Position numbers and translations under genes: made by a program. Positions 1 to 12,129 of a DNA stretch of 64,000 nucleotides are shown here, in pieces. The stretch spans positions 682,001 to 746,000 of the forward strand of contig JAYWIR010000054.1 of assembly GCA_036172245.1 (NCBI GenBank). The letters run 5' to 3'. Under the pieces are notes generated by a model that saw only the letters and a list, made by a program, of their open reading frames with translations, did not search any database and was not told where the DNA came from. Within the stretch, counting starts at the first letter, position 1; every line of letters begins with the position of its first letter. The DNA is from Raillietiella orientalis (lineage: Eukaryota).

Positions 1-810
1 CTGCGACACCCCTCCGCTGCTTTCCGGAAGCTTTCGCCCAATTCTTCGAGCCGCGGTTCTCGGAGGTCTTGCACTAAGGTGCCCCAGCAGATCGTGTTTG
101 CTCATGAAGATGAAAGATGCACGCGTGTTTTCTTACGGATACATCCGAAGATTGGATTTCGGGAACTGTTGGAAAGAAATGAGGATGCGGGGAGATTGTC
201 AGGAAAGGTCCGACATGAACAAATCATCAGTTCTTCCTTCGTGCGTTATGGAATGCTTCCATCAGCGAGGCTCGATGAGTTCCTCGAAATGCGAATGCAA
301 ACAAGTGAGGAAAATTCTCCATAGCAAAAGTGCTTGGCAATCTCTGTCTTTAACGTTTGAACCAAAACGATGATTACCAGGAAGGTAGTCTAAGAAAGAC
401 TTCGAAAGTCGCGTGTGGTTAAGTTTTCCAGGAAAAAGCGCCTTGGATATTTGCATCTCAGGCAGCAATGCCAACACATTAGGACGGCTTTTGTAATCGA
501 ATGAAGCAAAGAATCGGGGGTTGCACGTTACAACCCTTCCGATCTCATATGAACCTCCAGTGTTCGTCACTTCCAAGACCAAATCATGCCTGTTCGTCTG
601 TCCTTGTGGCTCTTGAGTGCAGTCCAGTGTCTTTCTCCCAACTCAGTTCTATTTGAAGACTGCTCCTTTCTGAGAACACGGCGTTTCTGGGGAGCAGGGA
701 GTTCGAAGTGAATTTTTCACCTTTGTTGGTTTGGGCGAAGGGAATTATTAGCATGCCTTTCTGGAGGTCAGGACAGTTATCGACTCCCAGTTGACACACA
801 ACCAATATTT
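1..810 (-). mobile_element. Highly decayed non-LTR RT fragment
   Basis: CPDLQKGMLIIPF..KG and QISKA..KLNHTRL resemble the RT motifs P..WK.G.I.P..K and D.SKAFD.V.H..L. Many lesions. Confidence 0.45.
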
Positions 811-2426
811 TCTATTTTTTTTTTGTCCAAGAATACACTGATCTTAAAAAGTAACTAAACTGCTGTCAAAACGGAGGGGGACGGGGGGAGGGGGGGTTTG
901 GTTTGACATTTGGGAATAATTGCAGTTGATCAAATTCGTGGCAAACGACCTTGGCAAAATTTTCAGATAAACAGTGGATCAGTTAAGATCATTCACACGA
1001 ACACGGAACATATGTAACACGATAAAAAGGCAAATAGAAAGAAGCACGTGTTCAGTTCTGTTCAGTTCATGTGTTCAGCACTGTCCAGCAGTGAAGCAAA
1101 GTGTACACGAGAAACTGTTGCATCAGAAGTGAAATGCAACGCTTCATAGAAATGCCTCTTCAATTATACATAAGACATGCAACCTATTAGATGTAAAGCG
1201 TCGAGGAGAATGAATGAAAAAAGTCTCATTCATTTCTTGAAGAATTTAAGACCCGACCCTCTGCTAAATGTTTCAATGTGGGAGCGTCAACAGGGGAGCA
1301 GTTGAGACCCCAAGAACCCATTTTCCTGTCAGATTACTCCAAAGGGAACTGGCAGCAGTATAAAACCAGCAAGAGCTCGCGGGCTGCAAAGACTGGGAAC
1401 GAAGGGCTGATGTGCCTGCCCCATTTTACGTGGAATAAGATGTGTAATTTCTCTGGACCTCCTTCACAAACCCAAAAACCCGAGCGCATCCTGAGAGGAC
1501 TGACGAAAGGTCTGCCTTTGTCTTTGCCGTTTGAGGGATAATAACCCCCTGCCTGTTCTTCGGAAGGAACGAAGCAGAATGCCACGAGGATTCGTGCAAA
1601 GAGACATGGAGGAAAAAAAAAACAAAAGAAAAAAGGTTGGTACTCCCCGTATAGCGCGCGGTCAAGCAGCCCCGTACAACGCTGTGTGGATAAATTTCAA
1701 TGTCTGCTGTACGGCGTAAGCTCACCTGCTTTTTTTTTTCTTTAAAAAAAAAAAAAAAAACAGAAACACACGATTCAAGTAGATCGTTGTGAATTTGCGT
1801 GAATGGGATGGCTCAAGAAGATACATTTTCAACAGCGAGAATGGAAGAGCGGAAGCTGCAGATGTGTCTGAATCTCAACAAAACACTCTGAAAACCTTTC
1901 TTCCTTTTTCAGTTTAAGCCACGTAGTAAGTAAGTATTTTTATTTTTTTTGGCTTTAGAGTGTGGCAATAAATGTCTGCTGCTATGGCGTTTAAGACATA
2001 TCATGCGTTTTTATGATTACTGCCACACGTTTTCCCATGTGCGACACATATCACACGAGTCCCCCACATTGTACTTGATTTATCATGAGGATGCTAACGC
2101 ACGAACTACGATTATTTTATTTTATGACATTACTGCAGCCCAAGTGAGGCAAAAAAGAAATTTTTTTAAAAATGAACATGTAATTCCATATAACAAGGAA
2201 AAAAAACATGCTATTTCCGTACTTTTGGCTTTGCGTTCGAAAAAGGAAAGAAACAAAAGCTTCTCAGAAATGGAATAACGAATAAAATTATTTCGTTTAA
2301 GAAATGGATCGGGATAGAAGCAAATAATGATAACAACCACAACCACAAAAATCCTCTGGTGGACACAAAAACAAGGCATTAAATTCTCCCCCCCTTCCCC
2401 CCCCAGTTCGAAAGCAGACTCGAGTT

Positions 2427-3128
2427 CAGGGTTGCCAATAGAACTCCATGGAATCCCAATCTACATGGACTTCGAAAACCCGTGATTCCCCCCCAAATTC
2501 TCCAGGCTTTAATACCCGGGAATTTATGATGATTAAATCATGTGATGTCATGTCGTCTTCGGATTCGATAGTACAGGAATAACATGCAAACCCACAATCC
2601 ATTGTTGATGACGTGAAATTCGTGCTTTGAAGTTACACCTCTGCACGTGTTCGGTACTGCCGGTCTCAGTGCCCACAGTCCAAAGAAGACGTGAGAACAG
2701 TACACGCTTCGGCTGTGCATACACTAAAATTGGAACGGTATCTGTAAATTGTGATGGAACACTCAAGCGAGTTGCCGATGTACCGCAACAAGCGCAGCTT
2801 TAATGGGAAAGTGTTTTAAGAACAAGGAAGTCGTTGTCCTCTACAGTCTTCATTGGCGTTACGGTAATTTATTCATGGGACTCGACATCCTCGAAGACGG
2901 GAGCAGGGGTGGATAAGACATCCGGGATTCGATTTCAGGCTTTTTCACGATGATACTATCCACGATGGAACACTTTGCCCTGAAGCCATGAAAAACCCGT
3001 TAACTTCGGCGGCCAGCGATTTTAAAGCCGCAATTGATTCCCGCTCAGCGGGATGAAATATTCTGAGCCGCTAGGCGGCTTGCAGAAACGCTGGATCTAG
3101 AGGGGAAACCGGCAAATTGGCAACTCTT
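2427..3128. mobile_element. Possible non-autonomous TIR element (hAT-like end)
   Basis: CAGGGTTGCCAAT at 2427 and ATTGGCAACTCT at ~3116-3127 form an imperfect ~12-bp inverted repeat. No matching TSD was seen. Confidence 0.3.
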
Positions 3129-3892
3129 CCGTGCAGCTCGAGCTGCATGAAGAGTGATTAGTAGCTACCTAGCTTGTAAAAGAGACAATTTGAAGGCTTT
3201 AATTGCTTAAAATACGCGTCGAGCGAACGGAAGAATCTTATTTGTTCGCTCTCAAATGCACTTGAAATCCAGTCGCCGGCACTGGAAAAGTCCAATCGTT
3301 GACCGCTTACCCTGTAGTAGAATCGTTCTTCGTCAAGGTGGCACATGTTGCAGGTCTGCGAAGCACCAAAAAAATAAATAAATAAATAAATAACGAGGGT
3401 GATTCATCTTTCAACTGAATGCTTTGCCAGTTTGGCATTCGCAACCCATCCAATCACAACAACCGACCTGTGCTGCTGCAGAGATCGTGCTCTTGATTTT
3501 CAGCCTTTAGAATGCTCCTTCGGAAAGAAACGCAGCTGGCTTTTCCAGACTTTTCGCGCGAACAGCGAAACTCGAGAGCAAAGACTACAGGATCCTTCTT
3601 CTTCTTTGGGGATGCTCACTCTCTCATTTGGAAACATTCCCTTTCCTGGTTCGGTCTTACAAAGCCAAAGGGAGAATCCAAAGTTAAGGTGTAGTGGACA
3701 ACTGACCTCGGATTCTGCAACAGGGCCGCCGAAACGACTTCCACTGTCTCCACTTGCTCCAGAAAAAAATAAATACCAAACGCAAGAAAGTCTAGACCGT
3801 GTAAAGATCTGTGATGATGATCGTTTATCGCGCTAGTGAAAATACGCGTCTCAGCTGTCATTCTTTTCTGCTTTGACTTGTGACTTTCTTTA

Positions 3893-4860
3893 TTTCACCC
3901 GGTCACTCTGGGGCGTTTATTGTATAAGAAATATTTACAAAAAAAGTCATATAGAATATTAAAAAATGTCTTCCTTCGTAGTGGCTTCGCATCAACACTG
4001 AGAAGGGAGATGCCTCGGAGGCGTTGCTTCTCTTGAGCGGCTAATTCGATGAGGTTCGCACAGGAGGAGTGGGGGAAGGAGTAAACACACAGAAAAAGAA
4101 ACACAAGGATTCAGCTTAAAAGAAATGTTGGGGAGATCGCAGACTGCTTGCTGGCGTCCTCGGCATCCTCTGGAGGATGTTGGCAACTTCCTCCTTTTGT
4201 TGGCAGAGATGTGGCCATCTTTTCGCCTTCCAATGAAAAATCAGGCGGTTCCGATGACCTCATCGTTCGACTGACCCTTTCGGCGAGGCTCCTCGCCGCC
4301 ACGATCCTGCAAAGGCAGCACAAGGGCTGCAAGGGAAGCTGCAGGCGACGCCGAGTAGCGCGCGAAGATACGCGCCAGACCTCCTTGCCGTTGCCCATCG
4401 GGAGTGGGAGATCCGCAGAGTAGCGTTCCCGGACGCCCAGGAGGGACACACAAGGAAGGCCTTAGGGGCACTGTCGCAACGCAGGGTCGGGGAAGCACGC
4501 GGATGGTCGCGGCGCGTGAACCGGCATTGCAGAGACTCTTCCGGAGTGTCTTCTGGCCGAAGCAGGGCAGCTTCCAGGCGGTTTTCCGCACCTTCTCGCC
4601 TCCCCGTGCCTGGCACATCAGAAGACTGCACCGATGACCTGGGAATCTCCCGGGCGCGAAGAGCAGCGCCCCACGCTGCCACCCAAAGGAGGAGATCCCG
4701 TGCTCCTGTGGGAAGGGTGGGCGACTTTTTTGCGTGGAACCTTCGGGCGTTCCGTCAAGCGGAGCAGCTGGGCATCGCCGCGTCGACCCGTCGCTCAGCG
4801 GCTTTCTTTACGAAAAATTCTTGCTCAAGGCAATCAGTTTTGGTCCCTGATTGTCACCAC
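3893..4860 (-). mobile_element. Family A-related LINE 3' fragment (diverged subfamily)
   Basis: LPLPMG..LCCLCRIVAA resembles the family A ORF2 C-terminus. The terminal motif AATAAACGCCCCAGAGTGACCGGGTG is on the minus strand at ~3896-3921. Confidence 0.75.
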
Positions 4861-5589
4861 GTGTTTTAATTTTGCCGTGCTGCGGAGCACTTGTGACGCA
4901 GAACGAAGAAGCAGAAGAAAATTCAAGATTTACGGAATTGGAATGCATTTTGGATCTGTGAGGAACACGCTTCCCTCAGCACGAGCTTCCCCCCAAAGCA
5001 GCCAAACTACCCAGCTCCCCTCCAGAGATGCACGAGATGCGCCTCGTTTGGGAGATGCTGAGGGTTCGGATGCGGAGCAGTTCGGCTGGACCGAGCCCTG
5101 CAGCTTCGCGTGTGCTTGGCTTTCCTCACCCAACTCCCACGCTACAGAGCCGAGCCACGAGTGCGCTACTGCTTGTACCGTCGAGGAGCTCGCGTCCGGC
5201 TTGCTTCCAGTCAAATGGAAGGCGTCATTCGAAGAGGCGACTAGGATCGCCATCCTGCGTGCTCCCTGAACGGTGAGAGCTATCCCGACCAGCGGCGAAC
5301 GTTCGAGGCGACCCGCCAAGTGCCTCTTTTCTCCCTCATGCAGTCGGCAAACTCCAACATCCTTAAGGAATGCGCCGTTTGTGGGTTTCCCGAAAGCCAG
5401 CGGGCCGATTGTGAGAGGCACGAAAGAGACATCCTAGAGGCAGGAAACTCTGGAAGTGAGCCCAGAGGAACTGAGACCTCTGCAGCATCTCATATGCAAA
5501 CCGCTGCGAGATCTCCTGCAGGATCAGACGCAGTGGTCCCGGTTAGCCATCACACTCCTTATTGCAGCGCTGTCTGCCCTCAGGGAAAG

Positions 5590-6470
5590 AAACGACAGCA
5601 GCCAAGTGGAATAATGGGAGTTCTGCAAAACTACAGGGGTTGAGAAACTCCTGGACGGCTTCAAGACGAGCGAGTTGGCGGACGCCTCCACTTCTCGTTT
5701 CCGGACAACGGGACTCTTTCAGTGGAGTGACCTGCTCTGTGTGTTCCCCTCGAAGAACTCCTGGTTCCTCCCCCGTGCGTGGGAATCTCCGTATTCCCCC
5801 TCTGGTGGAAGGAGGATATCCTGCTGTTTCTGCACCACGATTCCGGGAAACCAGCGCTGGCACCTGGTTTCCGGTGGAGTCGCCTCCCGAAACTGTTCCA
5901 GGTGCGGGCAACTGTTCCAGGTGTCGCTCCCGCACCTTCTTTTGTAATGCGGTGTCCTGGAGGACTTGCGGCGGAGACTCACTTCGGCGCTCCATCGATC
6001 CCAGGACGCCTCTTTGGACTCGCTGCGACGCTTCTTCACAGGGGGCGGGCTGAAGAGGAACACTGTGATCGTAACGAGATGATTCATCCGCGCCGTAGTG
6101 ACAGCCTGTCACGAGCAGGAGTCGGGTTCGCAAGAAGAGAGGCCACTAGCATGGCAGTAGCCTTCATGAAGACGCTAGCAAGGTGGCCTCATCTGCCTGA
6201 AGGAGTCGTCAGGGAGATCGCCACCATCTGGAGCCGCTTCTAGAAGGAAAGGAACATCTTTAACCAAATATCCCTGTCCCCACCTTCCCGTCTTTTTTTA
6301 TTTCTTCATTGTCCCACTTTCCGTTCCCCGTTTTTCGGAAGATGGTCTACGTGAATAGGTCACCCTCAAGAGCTTTTAGGGGTAGGAGGACCTTTCTTGC
6401 CTTTGAGGGGTTCTCCTCTCCTCTAACTTGCCCTTCTAAATAAACGCCCCGGAGTCGCCAGCTGAAAACC
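5590..6470 (+). mobile_element. Family A-related LINE 3' fragment
   Basis: ELADAST..GLFQWSDLL and PLWWKEDILLFLH match ELADAATP..GIQRWGELL and PLNWQETALLLLH of the long copy. The terminal AATAAACGCCCCGG motif is at ~6439. Confidence 0.75.
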
Positions 6471-6499
6471 GAAAGAGACATCGAGCGCGCGTTTTCTCT

Positions 6500-6682
6500 T
6501 TGGTAGCGCAAGGTGCGGCTGCGGGACTGAGGTCTCTTTGCGCGCGTGGCACCACCAGGAGTCACAGGTTCCGATCCCGCCCGGGGAAAGATTGACGCCG
6601 AGAGCGGAGGGTGCGTCGTGGCTTTCGAGATCTCCCAGCAAGATGACGCTGGCTGGTTCATTCGGGTACGGCGCTGGTAGAC
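6500..6682 (+). mobile_element. tRNA-derived SINE-like unit
   Basis: B-box-like GGTTCCGATCC at 6567-6577, upstream TGGTAGCG..GGCTGCGG, and body GTGCGTCGTGG…AAGATGACGCTGG shared with five other copies. Confidence 0.7.
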
Positions 6683-7381
6683 ACCTGGTCACACCGAAGC
6701 GTTTATTTGTAAAAACAAACCAACACGTCTGTGGCAGGACGTTTGATCCTGTCATGTTACGTATAACTGCAAGGAGGAACCTGCCGGGAACTGGTCCGCA
6801 GGCCAACGGAGTTCACCTCGGCAGCACGAGGGAAAGAGAGACAAACCAAAAAAATATTTAAAAAAACAAAAAATATACAGTCAAAAAATTGGGGGGTCGG
6901 TAAGGTATCACTGTGTGCTGAAGGGCGTCCTCTGCATCCTTGTAAGAATGCCGGCAAGTTCCTGTTTCAAGACTCCCAGATGGAACCATCTTGACGTTGT
7001 CCTCATGAAGAGGACAACAGAATAGATAACTTCCCTGTGTTCTGACCTCCTCTGGCGTTGCTCCATGCAGCCACGGTCCCGCCGCGCGGGCAGCAAAGTG
7101 CTGCTAGGGATGCGGCTGGCATGAGGGCGTCCCGCACAAAAAGAAGTCCCACGACGTCCCTGGGGTTGCCGCCGGGGGTTCCAATGGTCGCGGCAAAGCA
7201 CCCCACAGGGATCAAAGGGGAGCAGAGTTCACTAAGAGGTGCGGGAGGGATTCGCGCTCCCCTCACCTTGCACAATTAGGGTTCACCCCCTCCTCCCGTG
7301 TCCAATGATGCCAGAGGGCGTTGCACGAAAGGCTCCAGTGCAGCAGCAGCATCAACGCCGACTCCTGTCAATTAAAAGAGA
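6683..7381 (-). mobile_element. Family A LINE 3' fragment with diverged TSD-like flanks
   Basis: GNPRDVVGLLFVRDAL..LAALCC, a structured 3' UTR and the terminal motif. On the minus strand it is flanked by GTCAACCAGTGTCGCACCC and GTCTACCAGCGCCGTACCC. Confidence 0.85.
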
Positions 7382-7399
7382 GGGTGCGACACTGGTTGA

Positions 7400-8020
7400 C
7401 ATCTGGTCACGTCGGGGCGTTTATTTCTAAACCTACATGTCTGTAGCAGGACGTTTGATCCTGCTACGTTACTTATGAATACGAAAAGGGGTCTGCAGGG
7501 ATCTGGCACGCAAGCCAGCGGGGTTCTCTTCGGCAGCACGAGGGAAGGGAAGACAAACAAAAAGAGAAAAACGAACCAAAAAAACTTCAGTCAAAAAGGA
7601 TGGAGGGAGGGGGGGGAGGGTTCGGGAAGGGATCACTGTGTGTTGAAGGGCGCCCGCTGCATCCTTGTAAGGATGCCGGCAAGTTCCTATTTTATGGTTC
7701 CCAGATGGGGCCATCTTGATGCTGTCCTCATGTAGAGGAAAGCAATATGGATGGCGTCCCTGTTCTGGCCTCTGGCGTTGTTCCATGACGCCACGATCCC
7801 GAGTAGGCAGCCCAGTGCTGCTAGGGATGAGGCCGGCGAGAGGGCGTCTTTCAGGAAGAGGCGCTTTAAAACGTTTCTAGTGCTGATGCCGGGGGTTCCA
7901 AGGGCGGTGACCAAGCATCCCCAAAGGGGCCGGAGGGCAACACGCTATCAGGAGGTGCGGGAAGGACTCCTGCTCCTCGCACCATGCACAGTTTGGGTTC
8001 ACACACCCCCTTGTTCCCGG
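7400..8020 (-). mobile_element. Family A LINE 3' fragment, in tandem with the 6683-7381 copy
   Basis: LKRLFLKDAL..LAALGCLLGIVASW, the same 3' UTR, and the terminal motif at ~7400-7426. Confidence 0.85.
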
Positions 8021-11000
8021 CCCTGCTGACGATTCGGCTCCCATGGAGGAAGGAGAACCGGTGCGCTATGCACCCCCTTTTCCTAGGGTCCCGCCCGACC
8101 AGGTGGCGGGGATTTGGTGAGGGGACCCTCAACGAGAGGGCGTATTTGCACGCCCATCGTTACGCGAGGGCCCCTAACGTCCGTCGCTTGACCGAGTACA
8201 AAGCCGGAGCCGAGCGTCAAGTCTGGCAATCCGGGTCGCCCAGCGTGCTGGACGACCTGGACCAGGAATACTCGGACCCGGCATCGATACGTCGCCTCGT
8301 GCATGGATTTTACTCCTCCCTTTACGCCAGGGCACCTGCGGACTGGGACGCCTCGCGGCGCTTGTTCCCAGATGGAGCCCCGGCCATAGGGGAGGAGGAA
8401 AAAGAAAGCCTCGACGAGCCTTTTACGACCGGTGAAATCATCACCGCGATTAAAAGGCTCAAGAGGCGTAAGGCGCCAGGGGAGGACGGCTTGCCGGCGG
8501 AGTTCTTTCAGTGTATCGCCGCAGAGCTGACTCCCCTGGTGCTCGAGTGGACACGGCTCATCCGAGACGAAGGCGATGTTCCCTCCTCGTTTCGGTCAGC
8601 CAGGGTGGGGCTCCTTCCGAAGGGAGGAGAACTCCGTAAATTAAGCAACTGGCGTCCGATCACAATTGTGAACACGGACGCCAAGTTGCTGGCTGGACTG
8701 TGGGCTGCGCGACTGGGGCAGGTATCCGACAGCTTCATCAGCCCGGAACAGACTTACGCTATTCCCGGGCGAAGCATAGAAGCGAACCTGTTCCTCGCCA
8801 GCACATGGTTCCATGTACAAAGGGAAGAGAATAAGGGAAAAAGAATTGTCGGTAACTCTGATTTGGGGGCGCCAGTGGGGCAGGTGAGGGGCGACCGGGT
8901 AGGGAAGGGGGCTCTAGCGATCGCAGTCGATCTGCATAAAGCGTTCGATTGCGTAGACCAGCAACTCCTTCTGGAGCTCCTGGATCGCATGGGCTTCCCG
9001 GACACCTTAACGGCCTACCTGCGCGCCTGCTGGCCCAATGCGATCATCAACTTGTTTTTCAGAGGACAGCACGTGTTCGGCGTGCCGGTGAGGCGCGGCA
9101 TCCGGCAGGGCGACAGCCTGAGTCCCCTGCTCTTTAGCACCTATTTCAAACTGGTGCTGAGAGCATACAGGGCGGCATTGGCTGCCCTGCCGAGCTCGTG
9201 TCCTGGCACGCCTGAGGTCGTCAGCGTATGCTGACGACCTTCTGCTCCTGCTCCCCGGGTCCGCCCCGGCATCGGCGCTCGAGGATTTCTTCAAGTTGCT
9301 GCGCCACGGGACAGGCTGGAGGTGAAAAGGACGAAGTCGTCGCTGGTTGCGGACTCGTCGCGGGCAGGACGACCTGACTGGATCCGCCTGGGGATCCCCA
9401 CGAAGAGGTACTTCAAGTACCTCGGTGTTCCGTTGGGGGACTTCTGCCAGAAGTCCCCTTCTATCAGAAGCCTGGTCAGGTCGTCTCCAAAAAGTGGAGT
9501 CAGCGATCGGCCCGTTCCTGGAAGGCAAGCTTCACTTGCCGGAACATGCCGCGGTGTGGAACGCGTTCGCGGCCCCCCTCCTTCTCCCTCTGCTTTTTGT
9601 TTGCCCCGTACCCCGTGAACTGGAAAAAAGAACAAAGGACCTCCTACGCATCGCCCTGTGGGACGGCGGGAGGCCTCGTGTGCTTTTAAAGGATTTGTGC
9701 GCTCCACGTCGGGACGGTGGTCCTAGCGTCCTGACGCTGGAGCGCGTGGAAACGCAGCTGCGGTGGCGTACCTTGGCCATCGCGGCGAAGATGTGGAGCA
9801 CCCCTTGGGGCGTTCCAGCCCGCCTCCTCGCCAAACGTGTGTCCGGGACTGAAGGACTCGCGTCTTTTCTTCTGTGCCCCGGCCGGAAAATAAGAAGATG
9901 CAGACTTCTCCTGGGACGCATGGCCACCTCGGCGAAGGAGAACGGGTGGATGGCCTGCAGCCCCGCCAACTCCAGCGCATGGCTGGAAGAAACGGTTGGA
10001 ACGTGGGCAAAGTTAAAAGACATCAGCGGAGAATCCTGCAACCGCCTGCGCACCGGCATCTACACCCGCTGTACGCTGCGGAACATGATCGTGTGTCCCG
10101 CCAGAGGCACTTGGGCGGAGACGACCCCACTGGCCACGGCGCTGCCCTTCCTACGAAGGGCGCTTCAAAACAGCCGGAAGCCGAGATGGCAAGTCTCCTG
10201 CCGGATAGCGGGCAAGGAGAAGGATCTAAGCGGGTGGACGATGAGGGAACTGGCAGACGCCGCAACCCCAAACGTTCTCCCGCGAGGAATCCAGAGATGG
10301 GGCGAGCTGCTTGGCATCCCGGCGGATGACCTAGAGTGGCCCCCGTTGTTCATAGACTCATCCACCCTCCCCCTCAATTGGCAGGAAACGGCGCTGCTGT
10401 TGTTGCACTGGGGTCTTCCCTGCAACGCGCGCCGCCACCACTGGACGTTGGGGAACGTGGGACAGAACTGTGCAGTGTGCGGGGAGAAGGGATCCCTCCC
10501 CCATCTGTTAGTGGACTGCGCTGCCCTCCGGCCCTTGTGTAAACGTTTTGCTACGACCCTCCCTATGCCGGTCGGCAGTACCCCCAGAGACGTTGTGAGA
10601 CTCCTCTTCGTGCGAGACGCCCTGCCAACAGCCTCAACCCTGGCAGCGCTCTGCTGCCTCCGAGGGATTGTGGCCGCCTGGAGCGCAGCCAACAGAGGGC
10701 CCATCGTACACGCGGGTCGCTACCTGCGAATCGCGATCAGCTGGTCCCATCTGGGAGCTATGACGACGGACCTCGAGGGCATCCTGGAAAGGATGGTCTC
10801 TTCCTCCAGAGGGTTGTGATCCCTTTCCGGCCCCCCAAATAGTTTCTTTTTGTTATTTCATTTATTTTTCTTTTTGTTTTACCCCCAATTCCCCTCCCCT
10901 TCTCCGCTGCGGAGGAGAGTCAAGCCGGTCTGCGAACCGGCTTCCTGGCAGGTCCCAGGAACTATTGGCCGTAGCAAGGTCTAGTACCGCAAATGTAAAG

Positions 11001-11036
11001 TGTTTATTAATAAACGCCCCGGCGTCACCGGGTGAC
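8021..11036 (+). mobile_element. 5'-truncated non-LTR retrotransposon, L1/Tx1-like (family A): RT, C-terminal CCHC zinc knuckle and 3' UTR; frameshifted
   Basis: ORF 7984..9234 has KAPGEDGLPAEFF, NWRPITIVNTDAK, DLHKAFDCV and RGIRQGDSLSPLLF. AYADDL follows in a shifted frame at ~9224-9241, then KYLGVPL (ORF 9322..9618). ORF 9347..10819 has LCAPRRDGG and CAVC-x6-HLLVDC. At least three frameshifts. A U-rich 3' UTR ends in AATAAACGCCCCGGCGTCACCGGGTG. Confidence 0.92.
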
Positions 11037-11044
11037 AACTCCCA

Positions 11045-11240
11045 GGCGTTTTTCTTTTTTTGTTTTGTTTTCTTCTGTTTTTCCCGCCCCTGCACCAGTG
11101 AAGAGGACCTTACCGGCCTGCGGGTCGTTAAGGACAAGTGCCCCAAGACAAAAATCATGACGACACAAGAAGACTTTATTATGAAATTTTTCCTTGTAAA
11201 AATTTTAATAATAAAAGCCCCGGCTCACCCGGGTAAAAAA
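11045..11240 (+). mobile_element. Additional family A-type 3' UTR fragment
   Basis: U-rich tract, a degenerate CCGGCCTGCG hairpin, and AATAAAAGCCCCGGCTCACCCGGGT followed by an A-run. Confidence 0.65.
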
Positions 11241-11930
11241 CCCCGCTGACTGGCCGGAACTCGAAGTTGACCCTCCGGGATCCTTCCAGGAATCAAGGAG
11301 TTGGTTCCCTCCGATTGTGCAAATGGAGCATCCTATCCCTAGAGGGGGCAACCCTCGAGGGGGAGACTTGCGCTTGGAGCTGGTCAGCACCTCTTCGGAT
11401 TGTGTCAAGAAGCTCACTGTTCCCTTCGGTGAGCGACCCTCCTAGGAAATGGGGAAGCGTCTCTTCGAGGTCCTTTTCAGAGGGGGAACAAGGAGCAGTT
11501 TTCTTGCGGATTCCTTTCGGAGACAACCAGAGCAAGGATTTCCTTCGGTGTTCCCTCCCAGGAGTGGGAGGAACGGATTCCTTTCTCTGGATCTCTCCTG
11601 GATTCATAGGGCGGTCCCCTGCTGGGGCACCTCCAACTTGAAGAGTTACTGCAGACACTCTCGTATGGCGTGGACAGCATTAAAGAGCTTCGTGAGCCCC
11701 GGATGATTGGTTCTCAAGTACTTAACGAATCCATTCCAGGGACTTTCTGGTCCGGCAACAGCAATTTCCATCATCCCCTTGCCGACGCGACACTTTTGGG
11801 TAGCGTCGCGACTGCGTCGTGCCGCGATGTGTGTAGGCGAGAACACCCCATAGGGTGATCCACTACACGGGATGAGGTCCCCATACCGCGCTGCTTCCAC
11901 CTCAGGCGAAAGGCCGAGTAGCAATCAGTA
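11241..11930 (-). mobile_element. Family B 3' block
   Basis: WNGFVKYL..LTKLFNAVHAIR and the conserved CTCCTTGATTCCTGGAAGGATCCCGG (LLDSWKDPG). Confidence 0.75.
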
Positions 11931-12129
11931 GACACTTGAGCATCGCAGAGAGTTCAGTTTTCCCTGCAGCCTTGGCGATGGAACGGAGCGCAAAAGATGG
12001 CCCATCCGTGTACCGGAAGCTGGATCTTCGTGGAACGATGAGAACGTCGAATCCGGTGGGCCCAGCCGTGCGTATGTCGGACGGAGTTCAGGATCAAGGC
12101 CGAATGGGCAGGCTCATGTCGAATGAATA

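Noticed and set aside
7400..8100. Twin-priming 5' inversion of the long LINE
   Set aside because: The inverted piece is the 3' end of a diverged separate copy with its own UTR, not the upstream part of the same transcript.
7984..10819. Bacterial retron, DGR or group II intron RT
   Set aside because: The motif set, C-terminal CCHC knuckle, AATAAA-bearing 3' UTR and many 5'-truncated copies identify a eukaryotic non-LTR element.
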